From positions 1 through 27,217 of the forward strand of contig NIVC01003233.1 of the NCBI GenBank assembly GCA_002269645.1: a stretch of 27,217 nt of DNA, in the 5' to 3' direction. This DNA is from Macrostomum lignano. Taxonomy: Eukaryota. Position 1 is the stretch's first letter. Each line of letters starts with the position of its first letter. Positions 24,187-27,217 of the stretch are shown piece after piece. The translations under genes and the position numbers were made by a program. The notes under the pieces were generated by a model that was given only the letters and a program-made list of their open reading frames with translations, did no database searches and was not told the origin of the DNA.

Positions 24187-25715
24187 CTACTGTCCAGGGG
24201 AGGAGAAAAGCAACTCATTCTCAGCCTCATCGGTGAGAGTTGAGTCGCCAATTTCCATTGGCTCAGGCTCAGCCGCCTCCCCAGCCGCCGCGGAGGCGGA
24301 CACGGCGCCCACGGCAGGTGAGTCACCTAGCCGCGCTACACCGCCCTCCTCCCCAGCGACTGGGGTACGGCTGCTGCCTTCGCCTTGCGCCCCGCCGTCG
24401 GGAGTCTGAGCTCGGCCGGCAGCGTCCTCCTGGTGGTAATCCCACCAGTTGGAAGGCTGAGCCGTGCCGTCGTCCAGTTCCCTCGGCTGGCTTTCAGTGT
24501 TTTTTCGAGCGGCACGAGTCTGCTCGAGGTGAAGTCTCAGAGACTGAGCTTCGTCAAGTGCGCGCTGGATTAGACCGGACCGCCGGCTACTGCGGGCGGG
24601 TCTACGTCCGCGCGAGGCGGACTCAGCAGCGCGAATAGCCTTGTTAGGCTCGGGATCGGGTTGCTGCTGCCGCTTGGCCGGCGGGGCATGAGCCCCAGCT
24701 CCGGGAGCGGCGCGCTTCCCGTCTTTCTTGGTCTCCACCTTGCCCTCCTCACAGCGGAGGATGGTCAGTTGATGGAGACCAAGGTGGAGGTTTGTGCCGT
24801 GCGGTAGCCGCTTGGCCCATCCCTCCGTCAGGCCGAGGATGACTGTGGCCCCGGTCGTGCCCTTGCGGACCGTGCTGTGGTACACAAGACCACTGGCGTC
24901 GAGATCCGGGTGCCGCTTGAGCAGGAGCTGCCGCAGCTGCTCCCGGACTTGATTGCACTGTCGGCCGGGACCCAAATCCGATGGCGGATGGTCTTCGGCC
25001 GCTCGCTCTCCAAGGCGAAGGTCAGCTGGCCCAGGTCGCTGTGCCAGTCGAACTTGGGCAGCTGATCCCGCAGGAGCTGGGTGCTCTCCTCGGATTTGCA
25101 CCACAGTAGGATGCACCCGTTCGCCTTGGTGGACTTGACGATGTCCACGAAGACGCCCTCCAGGGTTAGATTGAGCAAGCCCTCGTCGATGGTACGCCAC
25201 GCGACGTCGAGCTGCTCGGGCGTCAGGTCGAAATCCCCGCCGAGGATCATCACGGCGGGTTGCAGCGGCTGCTTGACCTTGGACGCGTAGGACTCGGAGG
25301 TCTTGAGCGGGGCCGCTTTGTCTTTGGAAGGCGGTAGGCCGGCAGGGTTGCCCCCCTGAGAGCCCGAGGACACGGCGGTTCCTGACGGCCCAGCCGCGCC
25401 ACCGGACTCCCCAGAGGGCCTCCCCGCTGCGGTGGCTCCCGAAGGCCTCACCGCGGCTTGCGTGCCCTCCTCAGACGCAGCAGCAGCCCGCTTCTCCTGC
25501 CGCTTACGGTTGCGGCGGATGTTCCGCTGTCGTCGAGACTCGGCCGTGCGCGGTCGGCTAGACTGGCGGCCAGGGTGATCGGCGGCAGCGTCAGCTGGCC
25601 CGGTTGGACCAGGTTGGGCGTTGGTGCTACCAGTGGTAGCTACCGGAGCGGCTGATCCCGGTGAGCCAGAGGCGACCGGGTCAGTTTCTTTAGGGATGGT
25701 GGCGTTAGTGGCCAT
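24187..25715 (-). CDS. Retrotransposon ORF1 (DUF4780-like central domain); frameshift near 24942-24944
   Basis: ATG at 25715 (MATNAT). The segment LLWCKSEESTQLLRDQLPKFDW..ERPKTIRHRIWVP resembles DUF4780 of LOA-type ORF1s. After KSG it continues in another frame as EQLRQLLL to a TAG at 24187-24189, 2 nt before the ORF2 ATG. Confidence 0.8.
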
Positions 25716-25919
25716 AGCTGAAAAGCGGGGAGGGCTACTCGTTATGCGAGTTGAGTACCCGACTGGCCGACACCTCAAGCCAGCCGGTTTGAAAAAAGGA
25801 CCGCTAGCGACCGGACTACTCCCCGGCCTTCCAGCCCATCGGCACGGTCAAACACCTTAGGCATTAGAGGGTACGTTAAGCAGTACCACGGCCTGCAGGC
25901 TGGTGAGCCAGACCCGCAT

Positions 25920-26204
25920 ACCCAAATTCGGCCGAAGCCACTGGATAGGGTCGCCAGCGCCGGAGCCCAGTCTGTCCAGCAGCCCTAGGGTCTGCCTTGA
26001 ACACACGCGGGGACGAGTACCCCTGGGTCGACTTGCGAGACAGCGTGGGGGAGTCTGCGGCTGCCAGAGGCAAATAGAGGGTGCAGACCTCCCACCAGCC
26101 TTGACCTGCTGAAGATGGGGGCAGGCGTGAAGCATCGCAGACCTTAGCTCGTAGGCCTAGTCTGTCTCATACTTCACTGGCATGCTGAATACGCCTTCGC
26201 GTGC
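25920..26204 (-). ncRNA. HDV-like (double-pseudoknot) self-cleaving ribozyme at the retrotransposon 5' end
   Basis: P1 GCACGCG (26204-26198) with CGCGUGU (26009-26003); P2 ACCCAG (26028-26023) with UUGGGU (25925-25920); P3 GGG/CCC around loop UACUCGU; P1.1 AC/GU; J4/2 CGAA with candidate catalytic C at 25930. G1 is the first base inside the TSD. Confidence 0.85.
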
Positions 26205-26216
26205 TACAACAGTGGC
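26205..26216 (+). repeat. Target-site duplication, right copy
   Basis: TACAACAGTGGC, identical to 20355-20366. Confidence 0.92.
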
Positions 26217-26316
26217 AGATGCGTAGTGGTGAGATTGGCGTTAGCCGTGGCAGACAGTGGCAGGCTGGCCCAGACAGAGAGAAGGAAAACAAGGCCGCGA
26301 AGGGACGGCAGAACGA

Positions 26317-26375
26317 AAGGAAGAAAGACAAAAGGAAGAAAGACAGAAAGGAAGGAAGGAAGGAGAGGAGGGTGA
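26317..26375. repeat. GA-rich low-complexity tract
   Basis: GAAAGGAAGAAAGAC/GAAG repeats. Confidence 0.8.
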
Positions 26376-27217
26376 AAAACCAGCCGCAGAGGGGGGGGCG
26401 CGAAGCACGAGCGGTTTTCATTGGCTGGCGAGAGAACTTAAAATTATCGATCGTGCCAATTTTATACGGTCGCGAGAGAGGATAGCAAAATATACAGTGA
26501 ATTAGAAATTGCCACAAAATCGTTGGGCCCTACTATAAGTAAACGTTAAAATAAACTATGGAGAAATTAATATGAGAAATTACAAGGGAAAATATAGTCC
26601 AGCGGCCCTTTTCGGGACCACCTTAAACTGACAACGTCACAAACGTTAATTTTTTCGACAGATTGTTCCATTGTTCCTACCAAGTAAGCCTACCAAGATG
26701 AAGATGCGAAAATCCTGTACAATGGAGTCACCCTATTTTTGGCGTATGTAGCTATTCAAATCTTCAAGTTTAGGAAGCAAATTAATAAAGTAGAGCCGAA
26801 AATCTTGAGCGCATTTTTGTGAATACGCTCTTAGTTTCATTAGTGACGTTTCTGAAAATATATCGGAATCTGGAGATCATATACAGAACCCGCATAATTT
26901 GGTCTATATCCTTTAAATCTCTCACAAGATGGCCAGTCAGAAAAAATGAGAGAGAAGAAAAAGCCAAACATCACAAAAGCAGACTCCTGTTTTAACATTC
27001 TGTTCTTAGAATTCTCAGAATTCTCAGACAGATAAACAACTGTCTGTCTGGCAACAAAATTGGAGGTATGATAAACTGTATTGAGCAAATTTTATTGTCT
27101 GTCGAACAGTGTTGCAAAGTGACGAAACGGTAGAGAACAAAGAAAATGGAAAAAGTAAATAACAAATTCATGCAAATGAACTCAAATTATTTGCAATGCA
27201 CAAAAATTCTTTTAACA

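Larger units (their letters stand above)
20367..26204 (-). mobile_element. Full-length non-LTR retrotransposon with APE-RT-RNase H ORF2 (LOA/Lian-like), 5838 bp
   Basis: Perfect 12-bp TSD TACAACAGTGGC at 20355-20366 and 26205-26216; two ORFs; 3' tail of TAAG/TCAAG repeats. Confidence 0.93.

Noticed and set aside
25778-25778. ORF-track start of ORF1 at 25778
   Set aside because: It is a non-ATG start within the structured leader; the first in-frame ATG is at 25715.
20372-25860. Many overlapping alternative-frame and antisense ORFs inside the retrotransposon
   Set aside because: These are expected shadows of GC-rich coding sequence.
20212-26517. Minus-strand ORF restored by removing the retrotransposon (26167-26517 joined to 20212-20460)
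   Set aside because: It is low-complexity and derived from a CT-rich tract, has no recognisable domain and has a doubtful start.
26782-27088. Short minus-strand ORFs at the window end
   Set aside because: AT-rich, with no recognisable motif or convincing splice structure.

Overview
Animal (invertebrate) genomic DNA with GC-rich exons, AT-rich intergenic sequence and many minisatellites. The style resembles a flatworm such as Macrostomum, but the sequence alone cannot establish this. Contents from left to right: (1) a complete 7-exon TRIM-NHL gene of the Mei-P26/NHL-2 type (1618-8152, +), with a different minisatellite filling four introns and a 5S rRNA-derived tandem pair in intron 6; (2) a 4-exon secreted PAN/apple + fibrinogen-C gene with one frameshift (12604-14502, +); (3) a TA-flanked 2.6-kb element with about 170-210-bp terminal inverted repeats (16857-19444), enclosing a 233-bp palindrome and a P-element-like transposase 3' fragment; (4) a full-length 5838-bp LOA-like non-LTR retrotransposon (20367-26204, -) with a perfect 12-bp target-site duplication. 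The best find is a complete HDV-like self-cleaving ribozyme fold in the first 285 nt of that retrotransposon. Its predicted cleavage site falls exactly on the element/TSD junction. All structure and family calls were made by eye and none was checked by software.
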